A stretch of 53,700 nt of DNA from a virus (lineage: Duplodnaviria; Caudoviricetes): positions 1 to 53,700 of the IMG/VR virus record IMGVR_UViG_3300013136_000004, one strand, 5' to 3'. Both the position numbers and the translations under genes were made by a program. How positions within the stretch are numbered: position 1 is the stretch's first letter; the number at the start of each line of letters is the position of its first letter. This document shows, in pieces, positions 44,101-52,153 of the stretch. The notes under the pieces are model-generated. The model searched no databases and was not told the origin of the DNA. It worked only from the letters and a program-made list of their open reading frames with translations.

Positions 44101-44307
44101 ATGATAACACAAAAAGAAAAAGAATTAATGGAAAAGTACACACAGGTTTGCCATGTAGGAAACAATAAATATATCGGTGTTTTTTATAGTGACCATGAAA
44201 ATTTTAATATTGTTCTGTGCAAAGAAACGGATAAAAAAACAGCACAATCATTCTGTGAGAAATTCTCTGTTTCGTTGTACCGTGTTTTAAAAAGTGAGGG
44301 GAAATGA
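44101..44307 (+). CDS. Hypothetical protein
   Basis: AGGAGGAG RBS; ATGA overlap with the next gene. Confidence 0.55.
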   Translation: MITQKEKELMEKYTQVCHVGNNKYIGVFYSDHENFNIVLCKETDKKTAQSFCEKFSVSLYRVLKSEGK

Positions 44308-44609
44308 CCGAACTTAAACCAGAATTTAAGAAGTGGCTCACCAAAGAAATACTGGGTGAATGCTGGCACACAGTTACAGGAATATGTTGGAAATGTAAAA
44401 AATATATCGGTTTACCTTATAGTCGTTCTTTCACAACATGGCAAGACTATGGGGATGTGGTTACTGCCCTTCAATTATCATCTAAGTATAATTTTGAGGA
44501 GATACTGTCTTGGATGATGAATAACTATTTTCGTTATTTAAGTGAAACGCCCAATGTGAATAACTTTTTTAGCGCACTTCAAGAGTGGTTGGAGAAGGAG
44601 GGAAAATGA
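44304..44609 (+). CDS. Paralog family member 2
   Basis: Close to member 1. Confidence 0.7.
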   Translation: MTELKPEFKKWLTKEILGECWHTVTGICWKCKKYIGLPYSRSFTTWQDYGDVVTALQLSSKYNFEEILSWMMNNYFRYLSETPNVNNFFSALQEWLEKEGK

Positions 44610-44794
44610 CTGAACTATCTAAAAAGGTCAAAGATAAAATGCTCAGGTCAAGATTATCGACATGGGTAATAACGGGGAATGACCTGTGCTATATGGAAGA
44701 TAAGCCTGTCCCTGAATGGGCGAAGAGCCTTAAAACTCGTATTATGGAAGCACTTATTATTTATGGGGACAAGATAAGGAAGGAGTGGAAATGA
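44606..44794 (+). CDS. Hypothetical protein sharing family-like termini (MTEL...KEWK)
   Basis: ATGA overlaps on both sides. Confidence 0.55.
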   Translation: MTELSKKVKDKMLRSRLSTWVITGNDLCYMEDKPVPEWAKSLKTRIMEALIIYGDKIRKEWK

Positions 44795-45129
44795 GCGAAA
44801 TTAAACCAGAATTTAAGAAGTGGCTCACCGAAAAAGTGCTTGGTGAGTGTTGTCATGAGATAGAATGGGATGGAGAACCGGGATATATATGTGTAAAATG
44901 CAGAAAACATTCTATGAATGGAGTACTAACAAACCGCACCTTCGATAACTGGAAGGACTATGGGGATGTGATTGAAGGATTTAAAATGGCAGAAAAAAAT
45001 AAAGTCTTGTTTAAAAAGTTTTTAATGTGGCAACGTGATTTTCATGAAATGTCTATGTTAGATGTATTTACTGACAAAGACCTATTTTTCACCACGCTTC
45101 AAGAATGGTGGGAGAAGGAGTGGAAATGA
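44791..45129 (+). CDS. Paralog family member 3
   Basis: MSEIKPEFKKWLTEKVLGECCHE; identical N-terminus and near-identical C-terminus to member 4. Confidence 0.7.
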   Translation: MSEIKPEFKKWLTEKVLGECCHEIEWDGEPGYICVKCRKHSMNGVLTNRTFDNWKDYGDVIEGFKMAEKNKVLFKKFLMWQRDFHEMSMLDVFTDKDLFFTTLQEWWEKEWK

Positions 45130-45485
45130 GCGAAATTAAACCAGAATTTAAGAAGTGGCTCACCGAAAAAGTGCTTGGTGAGTGTTGTCATGAAAAGAAA
45201 AAAGGGGGAAGATATTACTGTTCATGTAACTATGGAACAAACGAACTGCAAGACCTAACCAGACATATAGAAACTTGTAACCGCACCTTCGATAACTGGA
45301 AGGACTATGGGGATGTGGTGACTGCTATGAAAGAGAAAACACATCTTCCTTGGGAAACTTTCTTTATCTGGTTATTAGATAATAAAAATTTAGTAGATAC
45401 CAAATTAGAAGCTATGAATTTTATAACAGACAAAGACCTATTCTTCACCACGCTTCAAGAATGGTGGGAGAAGGAGTGGAAATGA
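45126..45485 (+). CDS. Paralog family member 4
   Basis: As member 3, with a different central insert containing CSC...H. Confidence 0.7.
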   Translation: MSEIKPEFKKWLTEKVLGECCHEKKKGGRYYCSCNYGTNELQDLTRHIETCNRTFDNWKDYGDVVTAMKEKTHLPWETFFIWLLDNKNLVDTKLEAMNFITDKDLFFTTLQEWWEKEWK

Positions 45486-45673
45486 AGATGTATTTTTCTT
45501 TGATATTAGGATGGATTGTGGCCATAATAATACTAACCTCTACGGGAAATAGATGGACATCGGGGGGAGTTGTATTTCAGTTGCTACTATTACTTATCTA
45601 CTTAATAATAGCAGCATACCAAGAGCCGCCAAGCATGAGGTTGAGAAGAAGGAAAAAAGAAAAATATGTTTAA
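45482..45673 (+). CDS. Small two-TM membrane protein
   Basis: Two hydrophobic helices and a basic tail. Confidence 0.55.
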   Translation: MKMYFSLILGWIVAIIILTSTGNRWTSGGVVFQLLLLLIYLIIAAYQEPPSMRLRRRKKEKYV

Positions 45674-45685
45674 AGAGAGTAGAAA

Positions 45686-45922
45686 ATGACTGGCCAAGAA
45701 AAGCAAGTAGAAGATAAACTTGTCTCTCTTTACGAGAGCCTTTCAGGAGAATACAAAAAGGTAGCAGAAGCACTTAAAAAATCTTTATCAGGAGAGATTT
45801 CAAAAGAAGAATCACTGGAAGAATTTGATAGAAGAGCAGAAAATATAAAAGAGATAAATGTCAAGATTGATGAAATATTAAAAGTATTCAGGAGGACAGA
45901 AGATGAATCAGGTAGAGCTTAA
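45686..45922 (+). CDS. Helical hypothetical protein
   Basis: ORF in operon context. Confidence 0.55.
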   Translation: MTGQEKQVEDKLVSLYESLSGEYKKVAEALKKSLSGEISKEESLEEFDRRAENIKEINVKIDEILKVFRRTEDESGRA

Positions 45923-46214
45923 TGAATTTTTAGAACAGCATCAGAACATAGAGTGGGGAGAAGAAGAGACAGGTCAAGCACTATTATTCAGAAACGAAAA
46001 TCTTCCCTGGTATCAAGAAGATAAAAATCGAGCAACAAGAGTGACTATCGAAAAACTCTCACAACTCACTCATTCTGAGCTATACGATGCAATCAATAAA
46101 GGATTAGATGTAGACCACATAACAAGGGTGACAGGATACTTCTCGAAAATAAAAGGATGGAACAATGGAAAGCTCGGAGAGCTGAAAGACAGGAAAAGAG
46201 AAAGAGAATTATAA
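45903..46214 (+). CDS. Stand-alone NrdD C-terminal glycyl-radical-loop protein
   Basis: HITRVTGYFSKIKGWNNGKLGELKDR matches the class III ribonucleotide reductase C-terminal motif; only 103 aa. Confidence 0.8.
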   Translation: MNQVELNEFLEQHQNIEWGEEETGQALLFRNENLPWYQEDKNRATRVTIEKLSQLTHSELYDAINKGLDVDHITRVTGYFSKIKGWNNGKLGELKDRKREREL

Positions 46215-46220
46215 AAATAT

Positions 46221-46249
46221 TTCTCAATTTCGGAAAATGAATATATAAT
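46221..46249 (+). promoter_or_regulatory. Phage-specific promoter
   Basis: TTCTCAATTT-N13-TATAAT, intergenic. Confidence 0.75.
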
Positions 46250-46384
46250 AATCTTGAAGATGAAAAAGCCGGAACAAATCTGCAAAGGAGATAATCGATT
46301 CTACAAGAAGTTTCTAAAAAGAATTCGAAACAGGCAAATTAGAAAAGGAAAAATTCGTCCGCGCCAATACAGAGGATATTCGCT

Positions 46385-46603
46385 ATGATGGGAGATTCGT
46401 ACGAAAAGATGAAATCCGACAGAGAGCTTTTGAATAGGCAGTTGAAGAATTATCTAAGAGGAAGACCTATCTGCTGCTCAAAATGCAATCTGAGACTGGG
46501 AGTCAGCTACAAAGACGGAAAAGGAATAGAGAGAGGCTTGACTTCAGTTAAGAGGAAAGATAAATACTACTGCCAGTACTGTGCTCCTCGGCCTGAGAGA
46601 TAA
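46385..46603 (+). CDS. Small zinc-finger protein
   Basis: CSKC...CQYC; GAGG RBS. Confidence 0.55.
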   Translation: MMGDSYEKMKSDRELLNRQLKNYLRGRPICCSKCNLRLGVSYKDGKGIERGLTSVKRKDKYYCQYCAPRPER

Positions 46604-46604
46604 T

Positions 46605-46802
46605 ATGAACGCAGAAAAAGTATTGGACGAATCAAAACTTGTAATTGAATTTCTCCTCAAGGAGAGAAAAATGAAACCGGATGAGGCGGCCTCTGTTCTT
46701 ACTGTTTCAGCATTTGCGATAAATGAAATGATAAACCAAGAAACCCGAAAAGAAATGACAAAACAGATGCTCTTGAATATTTTCAATTCCGGAGGAAGAT
46801 AA
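46605..46802 (+). CDS. Hypothetical protein
   Basis: ORF in operon context. Confidence 0.5.
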   Translation: MNAEKVLDESKLVIEFLLKERKMKPDEAASVLTVSAFAINEMINQETRKEMTKQMLLNIFNSGGR

Positions 46803-46998
46803 TTACATAGAGGAATATGGAAACTTGGATAATAGCTTCTGGTTTTTCTATTATGTTAATATTACTTTTTATAGGTATATTTTCTCATATCTATGAATGG
46901 TGGATAGAAAAAAGAAAAGAAGAATATCATAAAGAAGGGATGTGGCAAGGATATAGAGATTTTAAAGATAAATATTGATATAAAGAGAAAGGAGAAAG

Positions 46999-47400
46999 AT
47001 GAGCCTATATAACATCATCAATGGAGCAAGTCCTGCCTGCTTTTTTATTCTCCCGATGCTGGGGAAGCATCCAGATGAATATCCGAGATTTAGAGATTGC
47101 TTCATAGGGGAGAATAAAAGAAAAAAGACAATAGATGTCTATACTCGAGTCGGAGGAGGAAATCGAAATTGCGGATACGGAGAAGAAGAGCTATATAAGC
47201 ATCCAAATTTCATATCGACATTCGATGACGATTCCGATTCAACATACGCCACTTATAGATTTTCTGTCCCTGAAAAATGGAAGAAGGATTTCTCAAAAAT
47301 AATAAACGGAAGACTGAAGGAAATCTCAATCGAATACAAGAGCGAGATATATAGAGTCTTTCCTAAACTGAAAGATAAATTGGACATATTCAACAAATAG
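46999..47400 (+). CDS. Conserved phage hypothetical protein
   Basis: RFRDCF...YTRVGGGNR...DDDSDSTYA; AAGGAG RBS. Confidence 0.7.
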   Translation: MSLYNIINGASPACFFILPMLGKHPDEYPRFRDCFIGENKRKKTIDVYTRVGGGNRNCGYGEEELYKHPNFISTFDDDSDSTYATYRFSVPEKWKKDFSKIINGRLKEISIEYKSEIYRVFPKLKDKLDIFNK

Positions 47401-47413
47401 AAAGGAGAAATCG

Positions 47414-48181
47414 ATGGCTGAATTACATGAACTGCTTGCAGTAGAAGGAAGTAAACAAGGGATTGCTCAGAAGATAATTGATGAGGCAATAGTTACATTC
47501 ACTAAGAAAATGGAGCACTTCACAGGTCATCGCAAAACACTTAATATGTTTGCCGATGAAGATAAAAATCAGGAAGATGCCTGCACAGAAATAAAAGAGA
47601 TGGTCACAACCGTTCCTGATAAATTGGCTTACGCTGTTGATTCAATCAAAGACTGGCTGGATGTTACTTTCCAGAAAGAAAAATCAAACCAGAACGCAAA
47701 GGCAAACATCGAAATCGACGATGTTTTGTTAGCAGTTGATTGCCCGGCCACTTTCCTTCTCGGGCTTGAAACAAAGAAGCTCTTGGACATTCGACGTATG
47801 TTTGAAGTCGTTCCTACTCTCCAGCCTGGAATCAAATGGGAGAAAGACCCGCAGATGGGAGAGAATGTTTACAGGGCTGAAAATGCTGTTAAGACAACAA
47901 AAACAAAAAAGACAGCACAGAGCAAGATTCTTGTTCCTGCGACAAAAGAACATCCTGCACAGATAGAAAAGTGGAATGAGGATATCGTTGTCGGCATGTA
48001 TACTGAAGAGAAGTGGAGCGGTATGATAACTCCGGCTGAGAAGTCTGCTATACTTGGAAGGATAGACAAGCTGCTCCAAGCGTGCAAACAGGCAAGAATG
48101 AGAGCAAATAAAACAGAAGCAGTGAAAGATAAGATTGCAGATAGATTATTCAAATATATTATCAAAGGAGAATTGTACTAA
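47414..48181 (+). CDS. Conserved uncharacterised protein, candidate partner of the downstream ncRNA
   Basis: LHELLAVE...FTGHRKT...PATFLLGLE...PTL...PATKEHPAQ...WSG...CKQARMRAN; AAGGAG RBS. Confidence 0.7.
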   Translation: MAELHELLAVEGSKQGIAQKIIDEAIVTFTKKMEHFTGHRKTLNMFADEDKNQEDACTEIKEMVTTVPDKLAYAVDSIKDWLDVTFQKEKSNQNAKANIEIDDVLLAVDCPATFLLGLETKKLLDIRRMFEVVPTLQPGIKWEKDPQMGENVYRAENAVKTTKTKKTAQSKILVPATKEHPAQIEKWNEDIVVGMYTEEKWSGMITPAEKSAILGRIDKLLQACKQARMRANKTEAVKDKIADRLFKYIIKGELY

Positions 48182-48198
48182 AAAATTAAGATTTTCAA

Positions 48199-48630
48199 AT
48201 GAGGAATGAGATGAGTAGAATAGTTATCAAACAGCATTATGTTACATTTTTCAGCCCTGGTACTTTTATGGCAGAAACAACTACAAAAAGAATATCTCGA
48301 TGGAACATAAAAGAAGCCGTGGAAATGTCACACCATATAACAGAAAGATACAATTCTCATCCATACTGTTTTAAATTTAGTACCCGTGGAAGAACAGAAG
48401 ATGAGATTGATAGCAGGGAATTAAAAACATCTAAACGTTTTTATCTTGGAGGAACAGTTTTATCTCTGAAAGAAATAAAGAATCGTGGTCTTGAAAAAGA
48501 CAGAATATTAATGTCAAACATGGAAGACAATGGTTGGGATAAAATTGTTGAATCATGTACGCCGTGGAAATGGTGTCAGCCTTTATATAAAGGAGACGTT
48601 GTCTTAGACATGGAGAAGTACAGATTATGA
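48199..48630 (+). CDS. Conserved phage hypothetical protein
   Basis: YVTFFSPGTFMAETT...PYCFKFSTR...FYLGG. Confidence 0.65.
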   Translation: MRNEMSRIVIKQHYVTFFSPGTFMAETTTKRISRWNIKEAVEMSHHITERYNSHPYCFKFSTRGRTEDEIDSRELKTSKRFYLGGTVLSLKEIKNRGLEKDRILMSNMEDNGWDKIVESCTPWKWCQPLYKGDVVLDMEKYRL

Positions 48631-48647
48631 AAGGAGAAGTATAAAAT

Positions 48648-48898
48648 TAGGGCAGCTTTGTTGTTGCTGTTGTTGTTAAAAGTTGCGTCTGAACCGCAAC
48701 GATGTGAAGTTTATCTTTTTGCCCTATATTTTCATCTGAGTCCAACATCTATAGTTGGTGGGTTGGCCGAAGTTAAAATCCCAAATAAGGGTTCAATTCC
48801 CTTCTCGTCCTCCAATAAAACATACGGACGAGTGGTCTAATGGGAAGGCGGGGAGAATTTTAAGTAATGAGCTAATTCATTCAACAACATAGACAAAG
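48648..48898 (+). ncRNA. Y-RNA (YrlA)-like ncRNA with circularly permuted tRNA domain; ends approximate
   Basis: T arm AAGGG-TTCAATT-CCCTT (48787-48803), acceptor 3' strand CTCGTCC-T-CCA (48804-48814), linker, acceptor 5' strand GGACGAG (48826-48832), D arm GTCT-AATGGGA-AGGC; enclosing helix begins TTGGCCGAAG. Confidence 0.75.
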
Positions 48899-48954
48899 AC
48901 GATACATGATGCAATTGAAATATCACTTGAAATGATATTAGATAATCATGAACC

Positions 48955-48995
48955 GAAAGGGGAGAACACGGATAGGTTCTCCCCTTTTCATTTTC
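48955..48995 (+). terminator. Rho-independent terminator
   Basis: AAAGGGGAGAAC-N8-GTTCTCCCCTTT followed by TCATTTT. Confidence 0.8.
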
Positions 48996-49051
48996 AAAGG
49001 ATGAAGCAATGAAAGAGAGACAAGAGTTGTGGTGTCACAACTGCAATAAGA

Positions 49052-49330
49052 ACGTATGCAATAGGAGGCACAAGGGAAGCCTGGCTGAACATAACATACA
49101 ACTACTCGATTTATTTCTATAAGTATATAGATAAAGAGAAAGGGATTTGATTTCTATACGGAAAAACAGGAAAGGAAAGCATTCCGATACTGGAAAACGC
49201 AATAAGCAAACTGAAAGACGACAACGAGGAGGACTACTGGAGAGCAACAGAAGGCAACGCAAAGAGAGCATTAATGAATCTACTCTTAATTGCAAGCATA
49301 AGACCTGACGGGATATGGGAAGGAGATTAA
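49052..49330 (+). pseudogene. 5'-truncated, nonsense-interrupted remnant of a phage hypothetical gene
   Basis: TYAIGGTREAWLNITYNY...KGI*FLYGKTGKESIP...YWRATEGNAKRAL...RPDGIWEGD; internal TGA at 49148; no usable start. Confidence 0.6.
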
Positions 49331-49500
49331 ATGAAAAGAGTATGCGAAATATGCAATAAGATAATAGATGAGAAAGACACAATAATAGTAACACCCAGCC
49401 AATATAGAGAATGCAAAGGGATAGGCAAACCAATACAGTATTGCTTTAGAGAAGACAACAGAGTAATATGTGAAAAGTGCTGTATAATAGGGAGAAAAGA

Positions 49501-49698
49501 ATGATAGCAAAAGAAAGATACGACAGATATCAGAGATTGGCAAGACTATACGGAAGCATGAGCATGCTGTTCCTGACACTATCGAAGAATATAATACCTA
49601 CAGAGAAAGAAATAGAGGTATTTAAAAACAACTACAAAGAAGTAAATAGAATTATAAAAGAAATAAATGACGCAAATATAGAAGCGTTAAATAGATAA
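49501..49698 (+). CDS. Hypothetical protein
   Basis: GGGAG RBS, ATG at 49501. Confidence 0.45.
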   Translation: MIAKERYDRYQRLARLYGSMSMLFLTLSKNIIPTEKEIEVFKNNYKEVNRIIKEINDANIEALNR

Positions 49699-49846
49699 AT
49701 GAATTATAGAAATAAATAAAATGAAAGAAAGAATGAGATAAGAAGAATAAGTAGTATAAGAGAAATACGTAGAGAAGAAGTATGTATATTTTAACCTCTT
49801 TTGTTTTGTTTTATATAAGTAGTAAAAAGTAGTTAGGAGGAAATGT

Positions 49847-50275
49847 ATGGATGTGAAAGATGTGAAAGGGAGAGCGAAAGGGAAGGGATTCCCTCCTGCA
49901 AGGGTGGTAGAGAGAGCCCTCTGGGAATCTGGTGGGTTCCTCTCAGCTGCTGCCGAACTGTTAGGTTGCGCACAATCCACCCTATCAGAAAGGGTAAAAA
50001 AGAACGACAGATTAGCGGCATGTTTGAAGCTTATCGAGGAGTCTTTTCTCGACCTTTCAGAGCATAAATTAGTACGCGCAATCAAAAATAACGAGGCATG
50101 GGCAATACAGTTCTATCTGCGCACAAAGGGTAAAGGAAGAGGATATGTAGAAGGCGGAAAGGGAGAACAGCGGGAAGAAACAGCTCCTATCTTCATACAT
50201 CAGCCAAGTGGAGGAGCGTTGCCAGTAGTAAAGACATACTCCACTCAGAGCAACGATGCTGTTAATGGTAAATAA
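49847..50275 (+). CDS. terS: Terminase small subunit
   Basis: HTH (GFLSAAAELLGCAQSTL) and AIQFYLRTKGKGRGY motif; upstream of terL; AGGAGG RBS. Confidence 0.8.
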   Translation: MDVKDVKGRAKGKGFPPARVVERALWESGGFLSAAAELLGCAQSTLSERVKKNDRLAACLKLIEESFLDLSEHKLVRAIKNNEAWAIQFYLRTKGKGRGYVEGGKGEQREETAPIFIHQPSGGALPVVKTYSTQSNDAVNGK

Positions 50276-50280
50276 ATTTA

Positions 50281-50389
50281 ATACCCGGTATTAAAAAAGT
50301 TTATACCCGGTATTAAAAAAGTTTATACCCGGTATTAAAAAAGTTTATACCCGGTATTAAAAAAGTTTATACCCGGTATTAAAAAAGTT
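50281..50389. repeat. Tandem repeat, five copies of 22 bp (ATACCCGGTATTAAAAAAGTTT)
   Basis: Copies at 50281, 50303, 50325, 50347 and 50369; palindromic ATACC-C-GGTAT core; no spacers. Confidence 0.95.
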
Positions 50390-50449
50390 AAGAAACAAAA
50401 GGAATTACGACGTCAAAGGAAACGTTATCTTAATAAAGTAGATTAAAGA

Positions 50450-52153
50450 ATGCCTATGCAAGAGCTAACATATAATAGTGGAGGAAAGAAAGGAAGACCA
50501 CTTGGATGGAGAAAAGATACCCATTCAAAGGAAGCTATTGCTAAGAAGAGAAGACTTGAGAATATATATACGAAGGAAACACTTGCTCAGATAGATAGAG
50601 AGAAAGATAGTAGTATAAGAGAAGAAGAGGGGAGAGAGAGTACCCCCCGGGGAGGTGGAGAATTTGCTCAAGGGGTGAGTGAGAGAGGGGTGGGGAGCCC
50701 CTCTCAAAATTCTTCTCACTCTGCTTCGACTTCTTCTCACTCTGAAAAAATCTCTCAACTGGATTCTGGTAATGATTCTGAAATTTTCTCTCCTGTTAAT
50801 ACACCACCTCCACAAAATTTTTCATCTTCTTCTATAGGTTATAAAAATGGTGGTTATTTTTTAAACCCTTCTGAAGCCTCTAATCTGATAAAGAAGAATG
50901 TTCCTGTAAAGACGATAAAGACAACCTCTGTCTTTGACGCAAATCTTTCATCTGACTCTAAGGTGATATGTGACAGGGGAGGTGCTCGCTCATCAAAATC
51001 CTACTCTATTGCGCAGCTCATAGTAGAGCGGTTTCTTGGAATTCCTGGTAGGAGGATTCTCATCGTTCGGAAGACCATGCCTTCGCTCCGTATCACCACA
51101 TTGCCTCTCATATATGAGACTTTAGATAATTATGGGTATAAGCAGAAGATAACGGAAGAGAAAGTTGCATTTAATATTTTATTTGGAAAAAGTTTGATTC
51201 ACTTCTCCTCTCTCGATGACCCGGAAAAGATTCACTCATCTGAATGGAATGACATCTGGATGGAGGAGGCAACAGAGTTTACATACGAGGATTTCATTAC
51301 TCTGAAGTTGCGCACATCTGCTCCTGATAAAGGCATCAGGAATCAATTGTTTCTGTCTTTCAATCCGATAGATGAGTATCACTGGATAAAATCGAATATT
51401 TTGGATGCACACGTTCCGGATTGCACAGAAATAGTGTCAAATTACAAGTGCAATCCTTTCTTGTCGGCTGATTATATTCAGACCTTGGAGGCGTTAAAAG
51501 ACCAGGACAGAAACTTTTACAGGATATTCGCTGAAGGAGAATGGGGTCGCCTGGAGCACGTTATCTACAAGAATTGGTATGAGACGGCGGACTTTTCTAT
51601 TCCTGTTTCTGGCGACAATACATTCTATGGACTGGATTTTGGGTTCAATTCGCCTACGTCTCTCGTCGAGGTACGCGTGGATGCGCGCCCGGGAGAGGCT
51701 TCTGCATGGCGGGTAGAGGCTAATGAGATAATATATGAGGCAGGGCTCACAAATTCTGCCCTCATTGAGAAGATGAAGGTTGTTATCCCAGAAGACAGAA
51801 GAAGAAAATTCATCTATCCTGATTGCGCAGAGCCTCAGAGGATAGAGGAATTGCGCTCTGCTGGGTTCCGGGTGGAGCCTGCAGAAAAGGATGTACTGGA
51901 CGGGATTGATTTCTGTAAACGCTTCAGAATCGGAATTACCTCAAATTCGATAAATGGACTGAAGGAGATAAGAGGCTATTCCTACAGAGTCGACAGGCAA
52001 GGGAAAGTCCTGGATGAGCCAGTCAAGTATAACGACCATTTCATCGACGCCTTCCGGTATGCTCTATATACGCACGGAAAGAAGTTTCTTGGAGGAAGGC
52101 CTCGAATTCGGTCATTCACAATCAAAGCAGATGGAGAGAAGGAGGAGAAATAA
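50450..52153 (+). CDS. terL: Terminase large subunit (PBSX/SPP1-like) with long N-terminal extension; start uncertain
   Basis: GGARSSKS Walker A, WMEEATE Walker B, SFNP, GLDFGF, NDHFIDAFRY. Confidence 0.93.
   Translation: MPMQELTYNSGGKKGRPLGWRKDTHSKEAIAKKRRLENIYTKETLAQIDREKDSSIREEEGRESTPRGGGEFAQGVSERGVGSPSQNSSHSASTSSHSEKISQLDSGNDSEIFSPVNTPPPQNFSSSSIGYKNGGYFLNPSEASNLIKKNVPVKTIKTTSVFDANLSSDSKVICDRGGARSSKSYSIAQLIVERFLGIPGRRILIVRKTMPSLRITTLPLIYETLDNYGYKQKITEEKVAFNILFGKSLIHFSSLDDPEKIHSSEWNDIWMEEATEFTYEDFITLKLRTSAPDKGIRNQLFLSFNPIDEYHWIKSNILDAHVPDCTEIVSNYKCNPFLSADYIQTLEALKDQDRNFYRIFAEGEWGRLEHVIYKNWYETADFSIPVSGDNTFYGLDFGFNSPTSLVEVRVDARPGEASAWRVEANEIIYEAGLTNSALIEKMKVVIPEDRRRKFIYPDCAEPQRIEELRSAGFRVEPAEKDVLDGIDFCKRFRIGITSNSINGLKEIRGYSYRVDRQGKVLDEPVKYNDHFIDAFRYALYTHGKKFLGGRPRIRSFTIKADGEKEEK

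Noticed and set aside
43649-45485. Diversity-generating retroelement template/variable repeats
   Set aside because: No reverse transcriptase in the window, and the differences between copies are block replacements rather than adenine-specific substitutions.
48658-48840. 60-aa ORF starting MLLLLLLK
   Set aside because: It arises from TTG repeats within the structured RNA and overlaps the tRNA-like domain; unlikely to be coding.
48787-48863. Canonical tRNA gene or two-piece tmRNA
   Set aside because: The halves are in reversed order with no anticodon loop. The acceptor stem lacks the G3-U70 alanine determinant, a paired D stem is present, and I see no tag reading frame.
42255-49150. Genome-wide TGA reassignment (code 4 or 25)
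   Set aside because: Many conserved genes end properly at TGA, often in ATGA overlaps. The three suspicious TGAs (42255, 43098, 49148) correspond to Cys, Trp and probably Arg positions, so no single reassignment fits.
49148-49150. Second selenocysteine codon
   Set aside because: Not in a Cys or redox motif, no clear downstream hairpin, and the frame lacks a start; better explained as a pseudogene.
34279-49822. Possible late-promoter motif TTAA(A/C)CTCTT...TATA near 34279 and 49791
   Set aside because: Only two imperfect AT-rich instances with different spacing; not enough support.
50281-50389. CRISPR array
   Set aside because: The repeats are head-to-tail with no spacers, and no cas genes are present.
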